DNA from: a bacterium
GTDB taxonomy: Bacteria; Myxococcota_A; Bradymonadia; UBA7976; UBA1532
Direction: 5' to 3'
Assembly: GCA_030426945.1 (NCBI GenBank)
Contig: JAUHXL010000001.1
Coordinates: 1 to 62,168, forward strand
DNA: 62,168 nt
Made by a program: the position numbers and the translations under genes. Shown in pieces: positions 18,401 through 26,840 of this stretch; within the stretch, counting starts at the first letter, position 1, and every line of letters begins with the position of its first letter. The notes under the pieces were generated by a model that searched no databases, was not told where the DNA came from, and worked only from the letters and a program-made list of their open reading frames with translations.

Positions 18401-18452
18401 GAGATGGGTCGAATACTTGCACTTCAAGGTTCTTCAACGGAACGGGGCCTGG

Positions 18453-18629
18453 TCAGGGCCCCCCGTGCGATTCCTCCACGGCAGGGGGTGGGTCTTCCCC
18501 CTCGAGCGCCGGGCTGGGTGACCAGGCCCTCGTCAAAGCCATGGCGCTGACCGTCGACGGCACGACGACGAACCAGCGAACCGCGTGCGCCCGACCGGGG
18601 TTCGTCCCCGCCGAGTGCGACCGGTCCAT
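18453..18629 (-). CDS. possible small ORF (58 aa), unknown function, in the slot where flbD/swrD sits in Bacillus and spirochete operons
   Basis: The ATG is preceded by a strong Shine-Dalgarno, AAGGAGGTGA. About 86% of its codons end in G or C, as in real genes here. I recognise no family and no FlbD similarity. Confidence 0.3.
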   Translation of the reverse strand: MDRSHSAGTNPGRAHAVRWFVVVPSTVSAMALTRAWSPSPALEGEDPPPAVEESHGGP

Positions 18630-18704
18630 GTACGTGGGCTCACCTCCTTCGTTCCTCTGCTGTGCACCGGACGCCGTTCCTTCCCTGGAACCGTCAACCA
18701 ACGG

Positions 18705-18802
18705 CCGCCCGACACCTGCTGCCTGGTCCGACACCCTGCCATCCGTGGCAGGTCGATCGAACCACCGGCCCTTCCGTGGACCAGCCAACAGGTGTCGGGC
18801 GG
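18705..18802 (-). repeat. Nested inverted repeats (extended hairpin) in the untranslated region downstream of flgE
   Basis: The outer stem is 14 bp: CCGCCCGACACCTG (18705-18718) with CAGGTGTCGGGCGG (18789-18802). The inner stem is 7 bp: CTGGTCC (18723-18729) with GGACCAG (18778-18784). The apical hairpin is CCTGCCA-tccg-TGGCAGG (18735-18752). Confidence 0.7.
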
Positions 18803-18935
18803 ACCGCCGACCTCGATCCGCTCCCTGGTCGAGACCGCGGGCCCCTCGCCTGGCGAGGGCACGCGAGCCGACATCGCCCGATGGCGGGGCGGGGTCACCC
18901 CCACCCGTTCAACCGCTCGTGTCCCGCTGCCTGCA

Positions 18936-20228
18936 CTACCGCAGCAGCTGGAAGACCTCCTGCAACAGACCGTCGGCGGTCTGGATGGTGCGCGAGTTCG
19001 CCTGGAACGCGCGCTGGTAGGCGATCAGGTCGATGAACTGATCGCTGATCTCGACGTTCGACAGCTCGAGGGCGCCGCTGACGACGCTGCCCCGACCGCC
19101 GGTGAGCGCGCTGCCGACCACCGCCTGGCCGCTGCTCGCCGTCTCGACGAAGTTGTTGCCCCCGACCGCGCCGAGGCTCGTGGGATCCTCGAAGCGCGCG
19201 GTCGCGACCTGCCCCAGCACCAGCGTGCGACCGTTGGTGAAGCCGCCGGTGACGGTGCCGTGCTGGTCGACGGCGATGTTGTCGAGCTCGCCGGTGCCGT
19301 AGCCGTCCTGGGTGATGAAGTTGGCGCTGCTCTCGCGCACCTGGTTCCACTGCGACGAGCCCGCGCGGCCGGTCCCCCCGTCGTTCAGCGCGTCGCCGAA
19401 GTCGAAGCTGATCTGGCCCTGCGCGGCGCCGATCCAGTCGACGACGACCGGATCCGGCACGTTCTCGGCCACGAGGAGGCCCTGCGCGTCGAAGTCCAAC
19501 GTGCCCAGCGGCACCTGCACCGGCGTGCCGGCCACGCCGCCGGCGATCTCGGCGCCGTCGACCATGCCGTTGAGCTCCCAGGTGCCCTGGGCGGTGTGGG
19601 TGCCGTAGACGGTCATCTCGTGCGGGTTGCCGAGGCTGTCGTACAGCACCACCGACGAGCGGAAGCTGCTGGTGCCCTCGGGATCCGCCGGGTCGAAGGC
19701 CTGGATCGGATCGTCGGGCCGCAGGTTGGCGTGCAGCTCGACCTGCTCGGTCGCCCGCGGCTCCAGCTGGCGCCGCGTGATGCGCAGATCGTCCTGCACC
19801 GCGTTCAGCTCGCCGACCCCGTTGGCGTTGTAGCCCTGCACCCGCTGGCCGCTCTGGTTGATGAGGAAGCCGTCCTCGTTGAACCGGAACGCGCCGTTGC
19901 GGGTGTACATGTTCTCGGTGCCCTCCTGGCCCCGCACGACGAAGAAGCCGTCGCCGCTGATCGCCAGGTCGGTGGGCACGCCGGTGTTCTGGAAGCTGCC
20001 CTGGGTGAACAACTTCTCGATGCGCTCGAGGGTCACGCCTCGGCCCACCTGGTTGCTGCCCGAGCCCCCCGTGATGAACTCGCTGATCAGGTCCTCGAAG
20101 TGGGCGCGCGCCCCCTTGAAGCCCGTCGTGTTGCTGTTCGCGATGTTGTCGCCCACCACGCCCACGCCGAGCGACGCGGCGTGCAACCCCGTGTTGCCCG
20201 TGTAGAGCGATCCCAACAAGCCAGCCAT
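18936..20228 (-). CDS. flgE: flagellar hook protein FlgE
   Basis: I place the start at the internal ATG 20228, which has a GGGAGGAG Shine-Dalgarno. The N-terminus SLYTGNTGLHAASLGVGVVGDNIANSNTTGFKG and the C-terminus ELSNVEISDQFIDLIAYQRAFQANSRTIQTADGLLQEV are flagellar rod/hook family termini. 430 aa, downstream of flgD. Confidence 0.9.
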   Translation of the reverse strand: MAGLLGSLYTGNTGLHAASLGVGVVGDNIANSNTTGFKGARAHFEDLISEFITGGSGSNQVGRGVTLERIEKLFTQGSFQNTGVPTDLAISGDGFFVVRGQEGTENMYTRNGAFRFNEDGFLINQSGQRVQGYNANGVGELNAVQDDLRITRRQLEPRATEQVELHANLRPDDPIQAFDPADPEGTSSFRSSVVLYDSLGNPHEMTVYGTHTAQGTWELNGMVDGAEIAGGVAGTPVQVPLGTLDFDAQGLLVAENVPDPVVVDWIGAAQGQISFDFGDALNDGGTGRAGSSQWNQVRESSANFITQDGYGTGELDNIAVDQHGTVTGGFTNGRTLVLGQVATARFEDPTSLGAVGGNNFVETASSGQAVVGSALTGGRGSVVSGALELSNVEISDQFIDLIAYQRAFQANSRTIQTADGLLQEVFQLLR

Positions 20229-20432
20229 ACTCACACTCCTCCCGTCGCCGCCGACGTCATCGTCGCGGCGCGGATCGGTCACATCGGGTGACCTCGGTCG
20301 GTCGGTCACCCAGGGACGGGCTTCCCGGTCAGGGTCCGGCCCGCACTGTTGCGCTCTTCGTCCACCCAGTGCTCTCTCGATCCACACAGGGCGCGGCCCG
20401 CGCCGCCGACCCCCGATCCCCTCGCCTGCGCC

Positions 20433-20843
20433 TCAGTCCAGGAGCAGCGCGCTGTCGATCTGGGTGAACACGTTGTCCTTCAGCTCGTCCCGCGCGACCG
20501 CGGTGATGACCGTGCGGTTCGGCACGCTCACCACGAACGCGGCCCGGTCGCTCAGCAGCAGGCTCTCTTTGCCGCCCTTCTGGGCCAGCAGGTCGATCGC
20601 CTGACTGATCCGGTCGAGCTCGACCGGTCCGAGCTCGATGCCTCGGCTCTGCAGCCGCTGCTGCGCGTGGGCGCTGAGCTTGACGTTGCCCCCGAGCGTC
20701 CCGCTCAGGATCTCGTCGAAGCTCGGTCCCCCGCCCGCCGAGGCACCGCTCCGGGCCTTGTCTGCGTCCCGGATCCCATCGGCCGTCGGATCGACGATCG
20801 AGCGGGGTCCGGCGCGCGGGAGGAGCAGGTCGAGTCGCCTCAA
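20433..20843 (-). CDS. flagellar operon protein (the 'flg_new' / FlbC-like family found between flgD and flgE in Firmicutes and spirochetes)
   Basis: TTG start with a GGAGGTGA Shine-Dalgarno. The core LSAHAQQRLQSRGIELGPVELDRISQAIDLLAQKGGKESLLLSDRAAFVVSVPNRTVITAV matches my recollection of that family's signature (SxHAxxRLxxRxI...AFIVSVxNxTVITA). Confidence 0.7.
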   Translation of the reverse strand: MRRLDLLLPRAGPRSIVDPTADGIRDADKARSGASAGGGPSFDEILSGTLGGNVKLSAHAQQRLQSRGIELGPVELDRISQAIDLLAQKGGKESLLLSDRAAFVVSVPNRTVITAVARDELKDNVFTQIDSALLLD

Positions 20844-20965
20844 CCGTCACCTCCTCTGGACCCACCGTCGTGGGTCGGTCTGGAACACTCCTTCCTCGCC
20901 TCTCGGCGTCTGCCCGCGGCGCGTCCCCGCCGGGGATCAATCACGCACAATCACTCGTCCAACGC

Positions 20966-21637
20966 TCAGAGCACCTCGACCACGTCGCTCAGCCGCAGGC
21001 GCTGGTTGCCGACGAGCAGCTCCGGGAAGCCCTGGTCGAAGCGCACCCCGGTCACCTTGCCGCGCACCATCGCGTCCACCGGCTCCGGGTTGCCGTCCGC
21101 GTCCTTGGCCTGCACCGCCACCGTGTAGCGGCCCGGCTTGCGGCGCACCCCGTCGTCGCCCATCCCGTCCCAGGTGTAGCTCATGCCGCCCGGTTGAGCG
21201 GGCATGGTCTTCTCGAACGCGACCGCGCCGTCGGCGTCGTAGTAGGTGATCGTGACCGACGCGGCGTCCTCGGCCGGCGTGAACCGGGCGGTGGCCCCGT
21301 CCTCGCCGAGCTCCACCTGATCACCGCGCGCGACCACCTCTCGGCCGACGAAGCGCAGGGCCTCCTGGCTGTTGTTGCTCAGCTGACCGATCGCGAGGTT
21401 CTGCACCCCGTCGTTCAGGTTCATCAGCTGCTCGAGCGTCGAGAACTGCGTCAGCTGCTGCATGTACTGCTCGCTGTCCTGGGGGGCGAGCGGATCCTGG
21501 TTGCTGATCTGGGCGACGAGGAGCTTGAGGAAGCTCTCCTTCTCGACGGCCACGTTGTCCGGCGCCTGATAGGTGCCGGCGCCGATGCCGCCCGGACCGT
21601 TCAGCGCGGCCGCCCTGTTGGTTGCTCCCACGTCCAT
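20966..21637 (-). CDS. flgD: flagellar hook capping/assembly protein FlgD
   Basis: The N-domain carries FLKLLVAQISNQDPLAPQDSEQYMQQLTQFSTLEQL. A FlgD Ig-like C-domain follows. Confidence 0.93.
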   Translation of the reverse strand: MDVGATNRAAALNGPGGIGAGTYQAPDNVAVEKESFLKLLVAQISNQDPLAPQDSEQYMQQLTQFSTLEQLMNLNDGVQNLAIGQLSNNSQEALRFVGREVVARGDQVELGEDGATARFTPAEDAASVTITYYDADGAVAFEKTMPAQPGGMSYTWDGMGDDGVRRKPGRYTVAVQAKDADGNPEPVDAMVRGKVTGVRFDQGFPELLVGNQRLRLSDVVEVL

Positions 21638-21648
21638 CGAATCGCTCC

Positions 21649-22863
21649 TCAGGCCTCGAGATCCACGTCGCCCTCGTGACGACGACGGTGGCTGCGCTCA
21701 TGCACCCGGGACGCCGACTCGTCGACCTCGATCCCCTCGCCGGCCGCGAAGAGCAGGTCGTCGTCGTCGTCTCGAGTGCCTCGGCGTCCCCGTCGCTCGT
21801 CGTCCACCTGCTGGCGGACCTCGAGGTGACCAATCTGCACGCCTTGTGCCATCAGATCGCGGCGCAGCTGATCGAGGGATCGACCGAGCAGATCGTGGGT
21901 GGCGGCGTGCTCGGCCCGCAGAACCACGCGCATTACGCCGTTCTCGAGCTCCATGCGCACCTTCACCCGCCCCAGCTCGGCCGGGTTGAGGTTGATCTCC
22001 GTCCGCTGGCGCCCCCGCTTCAGCGCCAGGGTGTCGGAGATCTGACGCAGCACCGACTGTTCGTCGACGCCCGGCGGCAGGCGGCTGCCCAGCGTCTCAC
22101 CGCGCTGCAACGCCAACGTCGGCGCGACCGGCGCGGCGGGGGCCTGGGGCGCCCCCCCCGAGAGGCGCGCCGCGCTCTCACCGGCCTCGGGCCCCAGGTC
22201 GAGCGCCGTCGCGGCGTCCAGCGTCAACGGATCGAGCGTCAGGGCATCGTCGGCCCCCGTCACGGCGTCGGCGCCCGCGCCCGAGAGCGCCACCGTGTCG
22301 GCCAGCAGCCCGGCCCCCTTGCCCTCGGCGCCCGAGGGCTTGGCCCCGGCCGCCATGGCCGCAGCCAGCCGCTCGGCGAGGGCCTCGGGCGTCGCCGCCG
22401 CCGGCAGCGCGCCGGTCAGCCCCTCGAGGTGCAAAGGCTGAGCGCCCACGAAAGCGAAGGCCTGCGCCGTCGCGCCGGGCAGGCGCCCCCCCGCGAAGAG
22501 GTTCGGGGCGACCCCCGGCGTCTGGGGCCGCAGCAAGGCGAGCCCTTGCAGCCCGGCGGCCCCGGCGAGCGAGAAGTCGAGCAGCGCGTCGATCGACGCC
22601 GCCCCGGTGGGGTCGCCAGCCTCGAGGCCGGCGGCGTCGGTGGGTGCGTCGGTGGCCGCGCCGGGGCCACTCGGCGCCTTGGTCGGCAGCCCCCACGGGA
22701 CCGCGCGCGCCTCGGTGGACGGGCCGGACGCGAGCTCGGCGAACAGGTGGCCCGCGAAGCCGCCCTCGCCCTTCGCCGACTTGCCGCCGGTCCTGCCCGT
22801 CGGCGCGCGCGCCCCGTCGGTGGGCGCCGCCTTGGCCGGCGGCGCCATGAGCGTCACGTCCAT
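21649..22863 (-). CDS. fliK: flagellar hook-length control protein FliK
   Basis: The N-terminal region is Ala/Gly/Pro-rich and disordered. The C-terminal Flg_hook-type domain reads INLNPAELGRVKVRMELENGVMRVVLRAEHAATHDLLGRSLDQLRRDL. It sits upstream of flgD. Confidence 0.85.
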   Translation of the reverse strand: MDVTLMAPPAKAAPTDGARAPTGRTGGKSAKGEGGFAGHLFAELASGPSTEARAVPWGLPTKAPSGPGAATDAPTDAAGLEAGDPTGAASIDALLDFSLAGAAGLQGLALLRPQTPGVAPNLFAGGRLPGATAQAFAFVGAQPLHLEGLTGALPAAATPEALAERLAAAMAAGAKPSGAEGKGAGLLADTVALSGAGADAVTGADDALTLDPLTLDAATALDLGPEAGESAARLSGGAPQAPAAPVAPTLALQRGETLGSRLPPGVDEQSVLRQISDTLALKRGRQRTEINLNPAELGRVKVRMELENGVMRVVLRAEHAATHDLLGRSLDQLRRDLMAQGVQIGHLEVRQQVDDERRGRRGTRDDDDDLLFAAGEGIEVDESASRVHERSHRRRHEGDVDLEA

Positions 22864-22933
22864 GTGACCTCCTCCCGCGCTCCGTGCGCGGACTGCGATG
22901 TCCCGCGCGCCGGACGATTCCGGCGCGCGCGGC

Positions 22934-23617
22934 TCAGTTGGGGCGGCGACGCTTCCGCGCCCGCTCCACCTGCGCCATCTTCTCGCTCAGCCGCGCCGCG
23001 AGCGCGGGCTTCACGTTGCCGAGCACCTTGGCCGCCTGCCGCGCCTTCAGGCGCCGCAGCACCTGCACGACCAGCTTCTCGTCCATCTGCTCGATCACCT
23101 TCGCGGCCTCGGCGGGCTTCATCTTGTCGAACACCTTCGACAGCTGGCGCACCTTGTCCTCGAAGGCCTTCTCCTCGGCCTCCTTGCGCGCCGCCGCCTC
23201 GTCGGGCGGCACCCGGCTCTCCTCGTCGACGACGGCCGACAGCTCCTCCTGGAGCATGCGGAGCGTCTTGTAGCGCCCCTCGACGTCGCGCTTCACCGCC
23301 TCGAGGCGCTGCTGCTTGCGCGCGAGCGCCGCCTCGAGCGCCTCGACATCCTTCTCCCGCTTGCGCGCCTGCTTGAAGATGCGCATGCGATCCGCGAGGT
23401 CGATGGCGCTGTCGCCCTCGAGGGCGTCCATCGTCGTGTCGTCCATGCCGCGCGCCTCGGTGGCGGCGCCCTCGATCGGCGGCACGGTCACCGGCACGGC
23501 CTCGGGCGGCGTGGGCGTGGGCGGCGGATCCTGGGCGGGCGCGTGCGTCGGGACCGCGAGCGCGGCCGCCACCAGCGTCGCGAGGCTCAGCGTCGCGGGG
23601 AGCGTTCGGCGGCTCAT
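22934..23617 (-). CDS. MgtE-N-like flagellar protein (FlbB / YlxF / MotE-like), secreted or membrane-anchored
   Basis: The ATG at 23617 overlaps the fliI stop as ATGA. A signal-like N-terminus and a coiled coil are followed by KVFDKMKPAEAAKVIEQMDEKLVVQVLRRLKARQAAKVLGNVKPALAARLSEKM, an MgtE_N-type repeat. The longer 372-aa ORF is a 5' shadow inside fliI. Confidence 0.75.
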   Translation of the reverse strand: MSRRTLPATLSLATLVAAALAVPTHAPAQDPPPTPTPPEAVPVTVPPIEGAATEARGMDDTTMDALEGDSAIDLADRMRIFKQARKREKDVEALEAALARKQQRLEAVKRDVEGRYKTLRMLQEELSAVVDEESRVPPDEAAARKEAEEKAFEDKVRQLSKVFDKMKPAEAAKVIEQMDEKLVVQVLRRLKARQAAKVLGNVKPALAARLSEKMAQVERARKRRRPN

Positions 23618-24960
23618 CGCGGCCCCCCGCCGGCGCGCACGATGCCGGCCATCTGCTCCAGGCTCCGCCGGGGATCGATGTGCTCGTGCTGGGCCTGGCG
23701 CAGCAGACCGTCGATGGCGTCGATCTGCGCCACGGCCCGGTCGATGGTCGCGTTGGCGCCCCGCTGGTAGGCGCCGATGTTGATGAGATCCTCGGCCTTG
23801 CGGTAGGCGGCCAGCAGCTCGCGCAACGTACCCGCGTCGCGGCGGTGCGCGTCGCTGGTGACGTCGCCCATCACGCGGCTGGCGCTGACCAGCACGTCGA
23901 TGGCCGGGTAGTGATTGCGCGACGCGAGATCGCGGCTGAGCACGACGTGGCCGTCGATGATCGAGCGCACCGAGTCGCCGATGGGATCGTTCAGATCGTC
24001 CCCCTCGACCAGCACGGTGTAGAGGCCGGTGATCGAGCCGGGCCCGTCGCACGTGCCCGCGCGCTCGAGCAGGCGCGGCAGCAGGGCGAAGACGCTCGGC
24101 GTGTAGCCGCGCGTCGTGGGCGGCTCCCCCGCGGCCAGGCCCACCTCGCGCTGCGCCATGGCGAAGCGCGTCACCGAGTCCATCATCAGCAGGACGTTCT
24201 TGCCCTCCGCGCGGAAGTACTCGGCGATCGTGGTCGCCAGGTAGGCCGCGCGGATGCGGACCAGGGGCGCGGTGTCGCTGGTCGCCGCGACGACGACCGA
24301 ACGCTTCAGGCCCTCGGGCCCCAGATCGCGTTGGATGAAGCTGAGCACCTCACGGCCGCGCTCGCCGACCAACGCGATGACGTTGATGTCCGAGGTGGCG
24401 TTGCGCGCGATCATGCCCATCGTCACCGACTTGCCGACGCCGGAGCCGGCGAAGATGCCGACGCGCTGGCCGCGGCCACAGGTCAGCATGCAGTCGATGG
24501 CGCGGATGCCCAGCCACAGCGGCTGGTCGATCGGGCGCCGCTGAAGCGGGTTCATCGGCTCGGCGTACAGCGGCATGTCGCGCTGGCCCTCGGGCAGCGG
24601 CTCGCCGTCGAGGGGGCGACCGAGGCCATCGAGCACGCGGCCGAGCAGCCCCGGACCCACCGCCACGTGCGCCAGCGCCTTGCGCGGCGTGACCGGGGCG
24701 CCCATCTGCACGCCGCCGACGTCGCCGAGCGGCATCATCAACGCGGTCTTCTCGCGGAAGCCCACCACCTCGGCGGTGACCGACTCGTCGGGCCCGGTGG
24801 TGATCTCGCACAGCGATCCGACGCGCGCGCCGGGCACGAAGCCTTCGATGACCAGGCCCACCACCTGCGTCACCTTGCCGCTCTGAACGGGCCCCCCGAG
24901 GCGGCCCAGGCGACGCTCGAGCGCGCCGAGATCGACCCCGAAGGTGCGGGCGTCAAACAT
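23614..24960 (-). CDS. fliI: flagellum-specific ATPase FliI
   Basis: Walker A GSGVGKS and a T3SS/F1-type ATPase core. 448 aa, between fliH and the MgtE-N-like gene. Confidence 0.95.
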   Translation of the reverse strand: MFDARTFGVDLGALERRLGRLGGPVQSGKVTQVVGLVIEGFVPGARVGSLCEITTGPDESVTAEVVGFREKTALMMPLGDVGGVQMGAPVTPRKALAHVAVGPGLLGRVLDGLGRPLDGEPLPEGQRDMPLYAEPMNPLQRRPIDQPLWLGIRAIDCMLTCGRGQRVGIFAGSGVGKSVTMGMIARNATSDINVIALVGERGREVLSFIQRDLGPEGLKRSVVVAATSDTAPLVRIRAAYLATTIAEYFRAEGKNVLLMMDSVTRFAMAQREVGLAAGEPPTTRGYTPSVFALLPRLLERAGTCDGPGSITGLYTVLVEGDDLNDPIGDSVRSIIDGHVVLSRDLASRNHYPAIDVLVSASRVMGDVTSDAHRRDAGTLRELLAAYRKAEDLINIGAYQRGANATIDRAVAQIDAIDGLLRQAQHEHIDPRRSLEQMAGIVRAGGGPR

Positions 24961-25672
24961 CGCCGCCCTCCCCCATCAGCGCCGCCTCGACGTCGGCCAT
25001 GCGCGAGGCGACGAGGCCGTCGGTGGCGCCCAGCCGGGTCTCGATACGGAAGTCGCCGTACTCCAGCTGCGGATCGGCGACCACGCGCACGCGGAAGCTG
25101 GCGCCGACGCCGGCGGCGAGCGCCTCGCGTCGCTCCACCAGGAAGCCGTGATCGGGCGGGCTGCAATAGAGCGTCGCCTCGTCGACGCCCTCGAGGTGCT
25201 GCAGCGCCTCGGCCACCAGCTCGAACAGTCGGATGGGGTTGACGCTGATCTCGTGGCGCACCAGGCGCTCCGCGACCCGGCACGCCAGGTGGATGATCTG
25301 AAGCTGGTTGTGCGCCTCGAGCTCTTTGCTCAGATCCACCAGCTGATCCAGCGCGGCGGCGTAGCGGGTCTGCAGCACGGTCAGCTCGGCCAGCACCTGG
25401 TTCTTGCCGTCCTCGAGGCCCTGGCCGACGGCCTGATCGTAGAAGGCCTGCAGCAGATCGCCCGGGATGTCGAACACCGGGGCCGGAGGCGGCGCGGGCG
25501 GCGGCGCGGGCTTCATCTCGACCTTCGGCGCGGGCTCCGGCTCGCGCATCGCCGCGCCGTCCGCGTCCACGCGCTTGAAGGCCATCGGCGAGGGGGCCGC
25601 GGCGTCATCGGATCGCCCGGTGAAGGTGATCGGGGTCACGTTCGCCGCCTCGTCTCCGCGCAACACACCCAT
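24953..25672 (-). CDS. fliH: flagellar assembly protein FliH
   Basis: A 239-aa protein between fliG and fliI, overlapping fliI by 8 nt. The central coiled coil and C-terminal domain are FliH-like. Confidence 0.8.
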   Translation of the reverse strand: MGVLRGDEAANVTPITFTGRSDDAAAPSPMAFKRVDADGAAMREPEPAPKVEMKPAPPPAPPPAPVFDIPGDLLQAFYDQAVGQGLEDGKNQVLAELTVLQTRYAAALDQLVDLSKELEAHNQLQIIHLACRVAERLVRHEISVNPIRLFELVAEALQHLEGVDEATLYCSPPDHGFLVERREALAAGVGASFRVRVVADPQLEYGDFRIETRLGATDGLVASRMADVEAALMGEGGDV

Positions 25673-25725
25673 CTACAGCGTCCCCCGGCGGCGACTCACC
25701 CAGTTCATCGGACGGACGCGGTGCA

Positions 25726-26748
25726 TCAGACGAACTCGTCTTCCGCGCCCGGCTTGGCGATGACGATCTTGCCCTCGGCCTCGAGCCGCAGCGCGAGCTG
25801 CGTGATGCTCGACTGGGCCTTCTCGACGTCGCTCAGCTTGGTCGGGCCCATGACCTCCATGTCCTCCTGCAGCATCTGTACGGCGCGCGCCGACAGGTTG
25901 CCGAAGATCTTGTTCTTCACCGTCTCGCTGGCCGTCTTCAGCGCCAGCAGCAGCGTGTTGTTGTCGATCTCCTTGAGCAGCGTCTGGATGCCCCGGTCGT
26001 CGAGGTTCACCAGGTCGTCGAAGACGAACATGTTGTTGCGGATCTCTTCGGCCAGCTCCGGGTCGATCTCCATCAGCTGCTCGAAGATGCGCTCCTCGTG
26101 CGCCTTCTCGATGCTGTTGAGGATCTCGGCCACCAGCACCACGCCCGAGGTCTCCTCGCCGCCGCTGACCACCAGCCCCTTCATCTCGCTCATCAGGGCG
26201 TTCTCGACGTCGCGCAGCGTCTGCGGGCTGACGGTGTCCAGGCTGGCCATCCGCAGACACACCTCGACCTGCGTCTCGACCGGCAGCTGCGCCAGCACCT
26301 CGGCCGCCTTGCCGGAGTCGATGTAGGCCATGATCAGGGCGATGGTCTGCGGGTGCTCCTTGCGCACCAGGTTCGACAGCGTGCGCGAGTCGACGGGCTC
26401 GAGCGCGTTGAGCCGCATCTGGTTCTCGTCGCCCAGCTCGTCGAGCAGGCGCTTGCCCTCCTCGGCACCCAGCGAGCGCTGCGCGAGGGCCTTCATGTAG
26501 TCCTCGCCGCTCTCGAGCAGCAGCGGATCGCCCCGCTGGCAGAGGTCGTAGAACTCCTTGAGGATGGCCTGCTGCTCCGGCTCGCTGATGCCCGACAGCT
26601 CGCCCATGCCGCGGTTCAGGTTGCGGATGTCCTCGTTGTTGAGGCGCTTGAACACCTCACCGGCGGTGTCTTCGCCGAGGAGCAACATGACCAACGCCGC
26701 CTTCACCTGGGAAGAGGTCGCGCCGGTCGCCGGGAGCTGATCTGCCAT
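25726..26748 (-). CDS. fliG: flagellar motor switch protein FliG
   Basis: 340 aa. VKAALVMLLLGEDTAGEVFKRLNNEDI and the C-terminal torque-helix region LLKEIDNNTLLLALKTASETVKNKIFGNLSARA are present. Confidence 0.95.
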   Translation of the reverse strand: MADQLPATGATSSQVKAALVMLLLGEDTAGEVFKRLNNEDIRNLNRGMGELSGISEPEQQAILKEFYDLCQRGDPLLLESGEDYMKALAQRSLGAEEGKRLLDELGDENQMRLNALEPVDSRTLSNLVRKEHPQTIALIMAYIDSGKAAEVLAQLPVETQVEVCLRMASLDTVSPQTLRDVENALMSEMKGLVVSGGEETSGVVLVAEILNSIEKAHEERIFEQLMEIDPELAEEIRNNMFVFDDLVNLDDRGIQTLLKEIDNNTLLLALKTASETVKNKIFGNLSARAVQMLQEDMEVMGPTKLSDVEKAQSSITQLALRLEAEGKIVIAKPGAEDEFV

Positions 26749-26840
26749 CGTCTCCTACCTCGCGCCATCACAGAGCGGGGCCGATCTTATCGGGCGACGC
26801 CGCCGGGCGCACGTCCCAGCGACGCGCGGCGCGCTCGCCC

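Noticed and set aside
18411-18430. A plus-strand GGGTCG-N5-TTGCA sigma54-like motif in the flgE-fliL gap.
   Set aside because: There is no plus-strand gene downstream, and the -24 box is poor beyond the GG.
18453-18629. The small ORF after flgE as a possible FlbD/SwrD ortholog.
   Set aside because: Its position matches flbD, but the sequence (MDRSHSAGTNPGRAHAVRWFVVVPST...) shows none of the FlbD pattern I remember. I kept it only as a low-confidence unknown ORF.
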